A DNA stretch of 64,000 bases from the NCBI GenBank assembly GCA_951406725.2, contig OX597822.1:113398001-113462000 (forward strand), read 5' to 3'. The DNA comes from Octopus vulgaris. Its lineage: Eukaryota. The translations under genes and the position numbers were made by a program. Below the pieces are notes generated by a model that saw nothing but the letters and a program-made list of their open reading frames with translations, was not told where the DNA came from and made no database searches. Shown here in pieces: positions 42,560 to 55,500 of this stretch (the stretch's first letter is position 1; every line of letters begins with the position of its first letter).

Positions 42560-42880
42560 ATATCAAATATTGTACAGAAAGCATAATGTATATAGCAAAT
42601 ATTGAACAGATCAATACTGTTCTGGTCAAATATTCTGTAGATAAAATGTTGCATGGATCAAATAATGTAAAGATCAAATATTGCATAGATCGAATACTGT
42701 ATAATTCGTATATTGTATAGCAATATTGTTCAGATCAAATTTTGAACTGATCAAATATTGCGCAGATCAATAATGAACTGATGACATATTATATCGATCA
42801 AATGTTGTATAAAGGAAATAATGTAAAGATTAAGTATTGTGCAGACCAGATATTCTATAGATCAAATACTGTATAGATCA
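42560..42880. repeat. Degenerate 16-bp minisatellite (GATCAAATATTGTATA-like)
   Basis: About 20 diverged units. Confidence 0.8.
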
Positions 42881-42994
42881 TTGCATGCACACCGCTAAAA
42901 GGCATGATGCATTAACAAGCCACAATTAGGGCGAAGCCTGTCTGTCGTCATTGCTTCGTCCATGCTTTCTTCGCTCCAATATATTAGTTTCATA

Positions 42995-43180
42995 TTTCTT
43001 TATTGATCACAAGGGGCCAAACACATACAGGGGACAAACAAGGACAGACAAAGGGATTAAGTCGATTATATCGATCTCAGTGTGTAACTGGTACTTAATT
43101 TACCCCGAAAGGATGAAAGGCAAAGTCGACCTCGACGGAATTTGAACTCAGAATGTAACGGCAGGCGAAATACCTATTTC
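42995..43180 (-). mobile_element. SINE family B headless unit
   Basis: Ends at the CGAAATACCTATTTC junction. Confidence 0.85.
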
Positions 43181-43401
43181 AGTTATTAGACTGCGGTCAT
43201 TCGGGGATATCGCCTTGAAGGGTATTAGTCGAACGAATCGAACCCAATACGTATTTTTGAACCCGGTACTTATTCCATTGATCGCTCTATCTCAAACGCA
43301 AAATTACGGGAATGTAATTAAACCTAGACCGGCTGTGAAGCTGTGATGGTAAGGGACAAGCACAAATACACATACACATACACACCCATACATATACATG
43401 T

Positions 43402-43860
43402 ACACGAGGTCTGCTTAAAATATATCAGGACTGATGCTATAAAACGAAAATAACAATACGTATCAATTCGGCATTTAATCAATCTCCTTTGAAGTAGTCT
43501 CCCTTTCAAGCCACAAACGTCCAGCGTCGTCTCCATTGATGGAAGCATTACTGGAACTCCTTTTGGGGGGCACAGCGAGAAGCTACCTCGTCGCATTCTC
43601 TTGGATTCCCTCGACGTTTTGAAATCTTGTTCCTATTCAGTCGGATTTGATTTTTGCCTTGGTTTCGGGGTTACAACCATAGATCCACGATTCGTCACCT
43701 GTTATGACTGTTTTGAAACAGTTTTCGTCATCCTCGACGAATCAGGTAGATCTCAACCGAAACCCGACCTTCTTTTTGAGATGCCAACATTCTACACACT
43801 TTGATTCCAAGCACTTTTAGAAACAACGGAAGTAGTCCAAAACGTTACATATTAATGCGA
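43402..43860 (-). mobile_element. mariner remnant
   Basis: TACACGAGGTCTG terminus; minus strand ..GDYFK transposase end and VITGDESWIYG motif. Confidence 0.75.
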
Positions 43861-43965
43861 CAGATTTCAATGTCAATCTGCACCAAACATCTTCACACTG
43901 CATCCTTGTGTGTGTGTATGAGTATATATAAACATATACAAGCATGTGCATATGTCTGTATACAG

Positions 43966-44020
<55 letters not shown>

Positions 44021-44195
44021 TTATTATTTGAGGGAATATTAATCCTAACTTACAGGGAAAAAATTCAATTTAGAAATACTAAATCAATATTTTAATATTT
44101 CTGCTATAAGTAATTTTCTAGATGGTGTAATTTAATCATTTTGAATTGATAAAAGGTGTTTTTTTTCTAATTTATATATACATATATATATAAAT

Positions 44196-44406
44196 AGTTA
44201 ATCCAAACATGAAAACACAAAGAGAAAGCACAACAACGCGTAGACGTGGAACAAGTATAGTGTTATTGGACGCTCAGCAAAGGAAAGAAATAAGGAGGAT
44301 TTAACGTTTTGTGCGGAGCTCTTCATCAGAAACATAGAAAAAGGAAAGATCCAAGGAAGGGAAGACGGAGGAAAAAAGATCGCCGACGATACACACGCGG
44401 TCACAT
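44196..44406 (-). mobile_element. PLE terminal-repeat-like element with degenerate hammerhead
   Basis: Minus GTTT-CTGATGA-AGAGCTCCGCAC-AAAAC-GTT-AAAT (44333-44299); related to 48955-49222. Confidence 0.65.
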
Positions 44407-44481
44407 ATTGATACACATATATACATTCACACATACATACAAATAAATATATGCATACACACACACTTATGTATATCTCTC

Positions 44482-44838
44482 TCTATATAAACGGCAGTTT
44501 GTCTGTGCGTGTTTCTGTGTGTCTGTTTGCTTGTACCCTCACCCTGACCACGGCTTTCAACCGATTCTGATGAAACTTGACACACACATAGCCCAATGTC
44601 ATAATTCAAAACTAACGCAGCGAAAATTTTGAAAAGTTCCTCCAGTTCTGAAAAAAATCGATAAATTCGACATGGGGTCGAGAATCAGAAACATAAACCG
44701 TCTAGGGGACGCAACTCCACCTTTTTTTACTCAAAAAAATTTACCATCATTTTTTTCCATTTTTTGGCTATAACTCTCTAAAAATGCTTTATAGTTATTT
44801 CCCTTACAAACCTGAGCAACGCCGGGCGATACTGCTTG
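44482..44838 (+). mobile_element. Non-autonomous Helitron-like element
   Basis: 5' TCTATATAAA; AACCGATTCTGATGAAACTTG motif; 3' GC hairpin CCTGAGCAACGCCGGG followed by CTTG (CTAG-like). Confidence 0.65.
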
Positions 44839-44850
44839 TATATATATATA

Positions 44851-44895
<45 letters not shown>

Positions 44896-45127
44896 GTATA
44901 TTATGTAGATTTCAAATTATCAAAAAATAGGGATTAGTATAGTATTTTATATCTTATTTTTATAAACTAATTTAGTTGTTCAATGAAGTCTAAGGTAAAA
45001 TTTGGTCTGGCGTTTCTTTTTCGCTAAAATGTTTTTCAGATGTTCAGTTACAATCTCACCAATTTGGATTACCATGATAATCTTGTGTTGACATCAATTT
45101 TCGTACATATTAATTTTAATATTATTT

Positions 45128-45198
<71 letters not shown>

Positions 45199-45200
45199 TG

Positions 45201-45601
45201 TAGGAGTGGCTGGGTGGTAAGTAGCTTGTTTACCAACCATATGGTTCCGGGTTCAGTCCCACTGCGTGGCACCTTGGGCAAGTGACTCCTACTATAGCCT
45301 TGGGTCGACCAAAGCCTTGTGAGTGGATTTGGTAGACTGAAACTGAAAGAAGCCTGTCGTATATATGTATATATGTATATATGTATGTGTGTGTATATGT
45401 TTGTGTGTCTGTGTTTGTCCCCCCAACATCGCTTGAGAACCGATAGTGGTGTGTTTACGTCGCTGTAACTTAGCGGTTCGGCAAAAGAGACCGATAGAAT
45501 AAGTACCAGGTTTACAAAGAATAAGTTCTGGGGTCGATTTGCTCGACTAAAGGCGGTGCTCCAGCATGGCCACACTCAACTGACTGAAACAAGTAAAAGA
45601 G
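45201..45601 (+). mobile_element. SINE family A
   Basis: Full copy. Confidence 0.92.
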
Positions 45602-45829
45602 TATGTATATGTTAATGCAATTGAAACAATTGTTGGATTTTTAAGATGGGATCTAAAATAAAGATATGATTTTCTTCGTACATATCATTGGTTGTTGTTA
45701 CATAATCTGAATTTCTTAAAAATCTTCATCAGGATTGTTGGATTTACCTGTCATACACAAGGATTTACCTGCGATTTGTATTCTATATATACGTTTACTG
45801 GTATCTACTGTTATTACTGTTGTCGCTAG

Positions 45830-46500
45830 GCCTTGGGCGTCACCACAGCTCCATAGATGACCCCCTCGACTGCGCATTGGCTTCCCACTTGACAGTCATT
45901 GCACCACACCCTGCAAGAACAACCTGCTTCTTCCCGTGTTTTACAGTTGTTAGCTAATAAACTTTTCATGTTAGGTGCACAACTAAAGGAGATTCTTAGA
46001 TTGCGCCTGTTGAATAAATGTCTGTATCTGTGTGTCTGCGTGAAGTGTTTATCTGTTACCTAAGGAATATCCTTCCCACATCAGCTTTGACATTGAGTGA
46101 GAAAGGTAGAGCAAACGAAACCACATTTCGGTGGCGTTTCCTTTTGTGGGTGCTAGAGCCTGGCATGCATAAGATGTGGTCCTTGAACCCGATGGACGCC
46201 AGTGACTCATTGTAGTAGGGGTCATAGGCGTCGAAGATATCTCGACTAGAGGATAAATTCGAGATCCTCTTGCTGACACCCTTCACTAGGTCCTTGAACA
46301 AAATAGAGGGGTGACAGGAGGCTGTGTTGATATAGGACAGCCTCTCGTTTGGTTTGCGATAGGGCTTGTATGTACCAGAGTCCAAGTCTCAAGTGACATC
46401 TAGGAAGTCTACGGTAGTGAGATTCGTCACGATAGTAATTTTGAGTCCCACGGAGCCTAGAGCACTAATCAGGTCCTTTCTAAGCCTATCGAGTGTACGA
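45830..46500 (-). mobile_element. Penelope-like element remnant, Naiad-like architecture
   Basis: VDFLDVT; GTYKPYRKPNERLSYINTASCHP; RKRHRNVVSFALPFSLNVKADVGRIFL; HLFNRRNLRISFSCAPNM; C.VGSQC.VEGVIY. Confidence 0.8.
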
Positions 46501-46599
46501 CCGTTGGCTCCTCCAAAGATGGCTATGTATCCCTGTGTGTACATACCCCTGTATGTACGTATGTGTTTACGGGTATATGTGTGTGTATGTACACATTAT

Positions 46600-46765
46600 A
46601 CACACAGGCTGTGTCATAAGAAGTTTGCTTCCAAACCACATGGTTCCAGGCTCAGTCCCACTGCGTGGCACCATTGGCTAGAGTACTCGGCTATAACCTC
46701 AGAGCGACGAAATCATTGTGAATGGATTTGGTAAACGGAAACTAAAAAAAAGCCCGCCGTATATA
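46600..46765 (+). mobile_element. SINE family A, diverged 5' half
   Basis: CCACATGGTTCC...CAGTCCCACTGCGTGGCACC. Confidence 0.75.
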
Positions 46766-46789
46766 TTTATAAATGTGTGTGTGTGTATG

Positions 46790-46905
46790 AATGTATGTAT
46801 GTATGTGTGTATGTATGTATGCATGTATGTATGTATGTATGTATGTATGTATGTGCGTGTATGTATGTATGTATGTATGTGTATGTATGTATTTATGTAT
46901 GAATG

Positions 46906-46936
<31 letters not shown>

Positions 46937-47185
46937 GTATGTATGTATTTATGTATGAATGTATGTATGTATGTATGTATGTATGTATGTATGTATGTAT
47001 GTATGTATGTATGTATGTATGTATGTATGTTATGTATGTATGTATGTATGCATGTATGTATGCATGTATGTATGTATGTATGTATTTATGTATGAATGTA
47101 TGTATGTATGTATGTATGTATGTGTATGTATGTATTTATGTATGTATGTAATGTATGTATGTATGTATGTATGTATGTATGTATG

Positions 47186-47216
<31 letters not shown>

Positions 47217-47330
47217 GTATGTATGTATTTATGTATGAATGTATGTATGTATGTATGTATGTATGTATTTATGTATGAATGTATGTATGTATTATGTATG
47301 TATGTATGTATGTATGTACGTATGCATGTA
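46790..47330. repeat. Long (TATG)n microsatellite
   Basis: About 540 bp imperfect run. Confidence 0.97.
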
Positions 47331-48090
47331 TGGATATTCATATATATGTATGAATAATCATTAAGAAAAGATCTTTGAATCCATGAGGTTGAATATTGCG
47401 GTGTTTTCAGTAAATAAGTCAATGGCAGAGTTTCCTTAACTGAAGACGGTTAGAGATTAGATGTTTACTTAAAGTGACAAGAATCGGACTTCAACCTCTT
47501 TAACAGCCTCTGGTGATGTCACCTAATCTCCCTCAACAGTAGCGGCAACAGCACTAGTGTGTGATGATGCTGGATAAAGCAGACACCATCAATTATTTTC
47601 CGTAAAGAAACTTCACTGATGCGTGCTTTGGGGGGCAAAATCTGATCCGCAACTTCCGCCTTAATTATTGGTGACAGTCTACTCCTACACATAGAGAGAC
47701 TTGCGCAGTCAGCTTCCTTCTTTGACATGGCTCACAGCTACATTTCCGGTAGGTTTTTCTCGCAGTCACATTAATTTATTTCAAAGAAACACACACATAC
47801 ACACAACAGTTAGATAGAGAGGTGGGTTTACAGAGAGAGAGAGAGAGAGAGAAATAGGGAGAGGTGGGAAACGGACAAAGGCAAGGAGAAAAAGAGAGGG
47901 AAAACAATCTCAAGACGCAAATCAAAATACATGTTGATGCAAACGTCATTTTATAAAAAGAAATGCACAACATTCAACATCAGCTGTGCTTTGCAGGTCA
48001 CTCGCACACACACGTGTGTGTGCATGTGTGTGTGTGTGTGTGTGTATACGTATACATATGTACACACACACATATATACATCTATATATA

Positions 48091-48128
<38 letters not shown>

Positions 48129-48142
48129 CATACACACACACA

Positions 48143-48200
<58 letters not shown>

Positions 48201-48307
48201 TATATGTATATATATCAAAACATTCAAACACTGAGATTTGAAATCAGATATCACTACTGTTCACATCATCTATGGATAAATTCTAAAACTGATGATATCA
48301 CCAGCAG

Positions 48308-48372
<65 letters not shown>

Positions 48373-48377
<5 letters not shown>

Positions 48378-48526
48378 CAATTAGTTGGTTGTCATGATAA
48401 AACTCAGTGTTTCGGATGCCGGGGCTGAAGTCTGCTCCGGCATCTCAACCGATGAGATGCCGGAGCAGGCTTCAACACCGTATCCGAAAGTCTTAGTTTT
48501 ATTATGACAACCAACTAATTGTCACA
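48373..48526. repeat. 75-bp-arm inverted repeat folded at a hammerhead-like core
   Basis: 48373-48447 versus 48453-48526; related to 54822-54905. Confidence 0.88.
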
Positions 48527-48954
48527 TATTATAGTTATAGATAAATTCTTGTTTTACATTATATTTAGGTGTCATCCATTCTTTGTTGTCTTATTATTAT
48601 TATTAATATTATATATATATATATATGTTATACACTTAACACTTTCCCTATCTTGGAACGTCAAACTTATCACATTGATTTTGAGCTTACCTTGTCACCA
48701 GTTTCTTTGCATTTTGTTATATTATGTATATATGTGTGTGTGTGTATGCGTGTGTATGTGTGTGCATACACACGCACACACACACACATACACACAAACA
48801 CATACACACATACACACACATATATGTATGTAAGTAACTACATTACATGACGTAGGCTTGTTTCATAGCTTGTGGTCCATATGTATTCAATTTGAGGACA
48901 ATAAATCCATATACCATAATAAATGCGTGTGTGTATATAGTTAAGCAAAAAAAA

Positions 48955-49222
48955 AGAACAAACACAACAAGAAAAAAACAACACGAGGACGTGGTACATG
49001 CAAAATATTAGCAGATGCTCAAGGAAGGAAAGGAAGGTAAGTTTTACGTTTCGGGCAGAGCACTTCGTCAGAAACAGGAGACGAAGTCCAAGTGAAAAGG
49101 AAGACGAAGAGCTTTGCTCGAAACGTAAGGACTACTTTCCTTTCCTTCCCCGAGCGTCTGCTAATACATTGCATGTACCACGTGCTTGCGTTGTAGTTTT
49201 GTTAATGTTTGTTCTTCGTTTG
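48955..49222. mobile_element. Inverted pair of PLE terminal-repeat-like segments
   Basis: 48955-49069 is inverted at 49103-49222. Confidence 0.75.
49041..49075 (-). ncRNA. Minimal type I hammerhead ribozyme motif
   Basis: GUUU-CUGACGA-AGUGCUCUGCCC-GAAAC-GUA-AAAC; stem I GUUU/AAAC. Confidence 0.65.
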
Positions 49223-49269
49223 TTTTGGATTTACTTTTTACCGCATGTGCACGCGGACCCCCGGCCTTC

Positions 49270-49312
<43 letters not shown>

Positions 49313-49904
49313 CTGCTCGCTTAGCCAGCGGGGTAGCGTCATTCAAAAGGCTAAAACAATGCGAACGCATTGTGACCAGCGATGTGTAACAACATCTGAT
49401 GGTCTGGTCGTTCACGTGATCACGTGATATATATATATACACGCATATATATTCGATGTTCTTTTTAAAAATACATGTTTATTATAGATTTACAGTAACG
49501 CATGCGCAATTATATAACACACTAACCAATTTTATACTAACCCCAGCTGGAAATAATTATTCATTACCGGACTTACGAACACAAGTGACCGCTCATTTGA
49601 ATTTCTACTTGGCAAATGTTGCATGTTCGAATATTACCAAAACATCATTTCCTATAATGTATAATGTAAGTCATTCGAAAACTTCCATTGTCTTTTTACT
49701 TACAAACCTTTCATAGTGTGTGCTTTGTGCCTGCTTTTTTATTTCTAGTAACACTTTGCTTTAAGCCTATGTCAGTTGCTGACAAGGTATGTGTTGAAAA
49801 CCTTTTCCACGAAAGGATTCACTCTTATTACTACACCTTATGTTTCGTTGTCTTCTTTTGTTTTTTCATTTATTCATCATTGTTTTCTAATATTGATTTC
49901 AAAT

Positions 49905-50345
49905 TTTGGCAAAGACAGAAATTTCGGGTGAGCGTATAAATCGATTACATCGACCCCAGTATTCAACTGGTACTTACTTTATCGAACCCGAAAGGAGGAA
50001 TGGCAAAGTTGGCATTTTAACTCAGAACGTAAAGTCGGAAGAATTGCTGTAAAGCATTTTTCCACACGCGGTAACGATTCCGCCAGCTCACTACCTTTAT
50101 CTTTTTTTTTTCCTTTTGCTATTAAATGTGAAAAAGGTGGCGAGGAAGCAGAATCGTTAGCACGCCGGGCAAAATATTTACAGGCATTTCGTCCGTCTTT
50201 ACGTTCTGAATTCAAATGCCACCGAGGTTAACTTTGCCTTTCACCCTTTCGGCAATGATTAAATAAGTACCAGTTGAGCACTGGAGTCGATGTCACCAAC
50301 TTGCAAGATCTCCCGAAATTGCTGACCTTATGCCAGAATTTGATA
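49905..50345. mobile_element. Head-to-head pair of SINE family B copies
   Basis: Minus copy 49905-50095, plus copy 50137-50345. Confidence 0.82.
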
Positions 50346-50799
50346 CGAATATTAAATGCACGCTCTGTTAATAACGGCTTTGCTACATTCCATCTTATTA
50401 CTGTCTGCTTTAAATTTTATATTTGCATCTGTCGCATGCTTTGCCGTCGTTCTACAAAGAATTCATAATTCACTACGGTAAACGTAATTTTAGTATTTTT
50501 CTTTTCAACATAAGTAATACTAAAATTGCATTGTTATTAAATATCTACATATCGGCTTGTTTCACTTAACTTTTATTGTATGTAACAATATTTGATTATA
50601 TAACTGCATGTTATATATAAACAAACAATACACTTCTCTCATTCAGTTTGCATCAAAAGGGTAACAATAATGTGAATGAAAGGGGCTAATAGAATATGCT
50701 AACAGCATTGACTGTTTGAATTATAGTCATTGGTTATTTCATTTATAGTCAATATATTTTAACAAGAATGTTTTTTTTTTTTTGTAATTTTTAGTTACA

Positions 50800-51200
50800 C
50801 CTAAATTACCATTTTTCATGGAGTATGGGAGAATACAGTCATCAATCCTCTTGTTTTGATTGTAAACTGCATTACAAAACTGGAGGAGGATACCATCGAA
50901 TACCTCTGTTTTCCAGACTTTTGGTGGTATATCATCTAGGCAACTTGCCTTCTTGTCTTGGGACCTTTTGAGTACCTCAATGAGTTCATCTAATGCAAAA
51001 TCACTGAGTTTGAAGTCAATATCATGTTTAATATTAGTTTCTATTGGTCCATCCCAAACTACTGGGGGACTATCGAGAAAGTTCTGGGAATATTCTTTCC
51101 ACTTATTCAGTCGTTCCTATATGCTCGTGACTTTTAGTTGCGACTGATTCGTATTTTTCTTGCCTCTAACTTCCTTGCCAGTCAGCTAGGGACCATTATT
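50800..51200 (-). mobile_element. Old LINE ORF2 fragment (pre-RT region)
   Basis: KKASCLDDIPPKVWKT...LLQFCNAVYNQN. Confidence 0.6.
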
Positions 51201-51558
51201 TTTGCTACTGCTTACGCAGTCAGGTCTGTTTTGTTTCCAATATATAAATTTATGCTGCCGATAGGTTCAAGGAATATTATTAAATCAGTAGAGAAGATTA
51301 TTAGTTGATATAATTTCTGTGATAAATATCTATTGGATGGAATAAAGCTGTTAGATTAATGAATGAGCATTGCGTTCTGATAAGTTGATGAATATCAAAG
51401 TACATTTATTAATTTGTATCTGTTGTTATGTAGTGAAGCCTAAAGGATGCGATAATCTATTCAAAATTTCTCAATTTGTTTTAAAAACGTAAAATTAATT
51501 TATTAATAATTAGTAAATTAGTAGTTAGTATTAGTAATTATTAAAATTAATTTATTAT

Positions 51559-51724
51559 AGGCGTAGGAGTGGATGTGTGGTAAGTAGCTTGCTTACCAAC
51601 TACATGGTTCCGGGTTCAGTCCCACTGCGTGGCACCTTGGGTAAGTGCCTTCTACAATAGCCTCGGGCCGACCAAAACCTTGTGAATGGATTTGGTAGAC
51701 GGAAACTGAAAGAAGCTCGTCGTA

Positions 51725-51816
<92 letters not shown>

Positions 51817-52012
51817 TGTGTCTGTGTTTGTCCCCGCACCATCGCTTGACAACCGATGCTGGCGTGTTTACGTCCCCGTAACCTAGCGGTTCGGCAAAAG
51901 AGGCCAATAGACTAAGTACTAGGCTTACAAAGAATAAGTCCTGGGGTCGATTTTCTCGACTAAAGGCGGTGCTCCAGCATGGCCACAGTCAAATGACTGA
52001 AACAAGTAAAAG
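51559..52012 (+). mobile_element. SINE family A
   Basis: Full copy. Confidence 0.92.
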
Positions 52013-53163
52013 AGTGTAAGAATGAAGAGTAGTAATAGAAAATTGAGAATTTTGTTTGTGTACATCTAAAAAATTACTCATTGAATTAAGTCTGTATCTG
52101 AACTTATGGTGGATAGATTTTTGTAAACATCTGTGAGAACTTTTGGTTGTGATTCTTTTAGCCATTAATAATTTTAATGAATAATTTGCAATGTTTTAGA
52201 AGATTATTTCTATCTAATTTTCGTTGCATAATTAAAAGCAATCTAAAAGTATTGTCCCTTTCTTTCAGGTCTCAATAAAACGTTTTAAGAGAGTTTTTCC
52301 TGTTAATAATAAAAGAAAATTTAAACAACCTATATTTTTACTATAACACATTTTGAGCAACATTGCCTCACATTATGCGTAGATTTGTACTTTCAATGGA
52401 CAACACACATTGGTACCACAAAAAACATATCCTTTACTTTAAATATAGGACCTTTTTCTGTATGGACCCATTTGTAAAAAAAAGATATGATTATTGTGAA
52501 TTAGATATCACCACTCGGAAGCTGATCTAGTTCTTTTAGCCTATGCTGTTTGGTACTGCATTTTTCTGAGATGGAATAGCCGAATTTGCTTTCCATTCCA
52601 AACCAGTTGATAATTGATATTCCAGTAGAATACCAAAACCATCTCAAGCAGCTATATTCCAGACTTTACAATGCTTTGCGACTTCATTGAATTCGTATTT
52701 ATTACAACGATGTCATTTGTCATCAAAGTGTCAGACTGAAGTCTGATATTGGTTACTAGCGTATCACGTTGCCAATGTGCTCCTTTTAAGTTTGTTTGTA
52801 AATTTGAGTTCGGAAACATGAAATAAGCTCAAATAACAAGTCAATATTGCTTCAAATTGTTAGCTTACATCCTACTACATAGCGCCAATTAGGAATTCAA
52901 TAACCGAGGGTATAATATTAGTTTGCAACTAATACAGACTATGACGCCATATTTAAAAGTATAGACTATGATGCTATATTTAAAAATTCTATTCCACTAC
53001 ATTTATACACATTGCATCAAGGCAGCAACAAACATTATTTCATGATACTACTCACATTCTTGCAATGAAAAGCAAGACAATGTCTAATTCTATCAACGGT
53101 CCCTGGGTGTACAGTTACGGCGCATATGAAGGAAATAGTTTTGCATAATAAAGATAGATGTTG

Positions 53164-53364
53164 GAAGAGGTTCTCTCTGAATCGTAGAGTAATTTGGATA
53201 TATGCCACAGAGTAAACTCTGCTAAAGACATTCAAGGATTAGATGGTGGTGTTAAATTGGGCAACAACAGATTTTATATTCTACAACAGGTACCCAGAAC
53301 TCAGTTGGTCATATTAAACTGGGAAACAACAAATTAAGCTCTGCCAAAATTGTTCAAAGTCCAG
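53164..53364 (+). repeat. ~200-bp segment duplicated at 56841-57042
   Basis: High-identity direct repeat. Confidence 0.9.
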
Positions 53365-53761
53365 TCGTGTGTGCTGCCTTTCTCCCTCGACTAAACGCTG
53401 AAAAGATACGTGTTTAGCAGCACATACACAATTATTTATTTAATTCATGTAATTACTGGCCAATTAAAAATTTTAATGGTGAGAATTTAATCAAATAACA
53501 TTGAAACTATTTGCGAAGTAAATGAGAAGGGATTAAGGAACAATATTTATAAACATATTTTAGAGAAAATTAATAAGTACCACTCGTTACACTTTCAGTC
53601 TAAAATGCCACGGCTCTTTGCGTTTTAAACACTGCGATTGGAAATTACGGCTCTGCAAATGAACATCAGGGTACAGGTAGAGGTAAGAGGTTAGGATTCT
53701 AAGGTTAAATAGTAGGATATATTTACATGGGTATGTATGTATATATATATAATCTTTTATT

Positions 53762-53986
53762 CTTTTATTTGCTTCAATCATTTGACTGCGGCCATGCTGA
53801 AGCACTGCCTTTAGTCCAACAAATAGACCTCAGGACTTATTCTTTGTAAGCATAGTAATTATTCTTTCGGTCTCTTTTACTGGACCGCTAAGTTACGAGG
53901 ACGTACACACACTAACACCGGTTATCAAGCGATGGTGGGGGGACAAACACAGACACAGACACGCGTGCCCGCACACGCACGCACAC

Positions 53987-54028
<42 letters not shown>

Positions 54029-54190
54029 ATGTATATACGATGGGCTTCTTTCAGTTTCTGTCTACCATATCCTCTCACAAGGCTTTGGTCGGCCCGAGGA
54101 TATAGCAGAAGACAGTTGCCCAAGGTGCCACGCAGTAGGACTGAACTTGGAACCATGGGGTTGGTAAGCAAGCTATTTACCACACGGCCA
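53762..54190 (-). mobile_element. SINE family A
   Basis: Diverged full copy. Confidence 0.88.
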
Positions 54191-54736
54191 TTCAAACATC
54201 ATATACATACATGCATACATACATACATACATGCATACATACATACATACATACAGATAGACATACAGATAGACATATATATATATATGTGTTGGAACAC
54301 CAACACAAGTTAGATTAAACAAGGAAACCTTCTTCATTGAAAAATATAAGCCAAAACTTAACCATTTCTAACATTTTCAAATAAGAAAACTCACCTCATT
54401 GAAAAAAAATATAAAGCAAAACCTAACCACATTCTATTCCTTCTGAACTAAATCATTTTAAATTAATCAAGCCTAGTCATTCTCAACATTTTTGATTATC
54501 TCCCTTATACCGGAAAAACTCCCTGATTACCTTCCCCTGCCTGGAACTCCATATTTCACAACATAGCGAAGACATGACACGATGTAGGTAAAGAAATTTG
54601 AGAAATTTGAAAAGATAATACGAAAGCGGTTATTTCTCCCAAAACTATGTTACTATACGCAAAATATTATAACATTTTTCTAACATAGCGATTTAAATAT
54701 ATTCTTTAACCATACAACACAAGTCTTCTGTATATG

Positions 54737-54797
<61 letters not shown>

Positions 54798-54844
54798 ATA
54801 TATATATATGTAAATATAATATGTGACAATTATTCCGTAGCCAT

Positions 54845-54905
54845 GATAAAACTCCGAGTTCCGGATGTCGGGCCAGAAACCCACGCCAGCATCTCTTCAG
54901 TTATC
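54845..54905 (-). ncRNA. Hammerhead-like motif with one core substitution
   Basis: GAUAA-CUGAAGA-stem II-GGAAC-UCGGA-GUU-UUAUC; perfect stem I. Confidence 0.6.
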
Positions 54906-54954
54906 AGGCCAACGAAAAAAATGCTATGAAAATGACCGTTAAAACGGTCTTGCC

Positions 54955-55013
<59 letters not shown>

Positions 55014-55089
55014 TAAGCACAGATGCAAAAAAGATGGAAAAACTAGTACTGAAATGACAAATATAGGTAAAATACTGATATATTAAAGC

Positions 55090-55500
55090 CGAAAAGCTTC
55101 ACAAATTGTTACTCAGGGTTTCACGTGACCGTTCATTAGAGTTAGGTTCACTTGATATGCCTTGACGTGATTAGTTGATGCATTGCTGTTCATGAGTTAC
55201 CTTGTTTTAGAGCCGAGGCCCTTGAAAGGAAGACAATGGTTATATTTCAATTTTTTCTCTTATGGTTGCAATATAAAATGTGTTTATGGCAGAGTCTTAT
55301 CAGCGTATCTGAATACGTTTTGTACAGGATATTCCAAGATATTTCCTCTTCATATTGTCTTGGTTTTCAAATGTTTATATAGTCGTGTCCTTCGAATGTT
55401 TTCCATTTTTCTATTTCTATTATTTCGTGCATATTTTATCGTTCGACTGATGTTTCAGTCTCGCCATCTTTTATTGCAGGCATATTTTTAGGTATTTTAC
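55090..55500 (-). mobile_element. Decayed PLE GIY-YIG end followed by degenerate hammerhead
   Basis: ACNKK.GETETSVER...RLYKHL; CUAAUGA-ACGGUCACGU-GAAAC-CCUGA-GUA at about 55139-55110. Confidence 0.55.

Noticed and set aside
44567-44580. CTGATGAAAC as a hammerhead core
   Set aside because: No stem II between CUGAUGA and GAAA; it is part of a common Helitron-like internal motif
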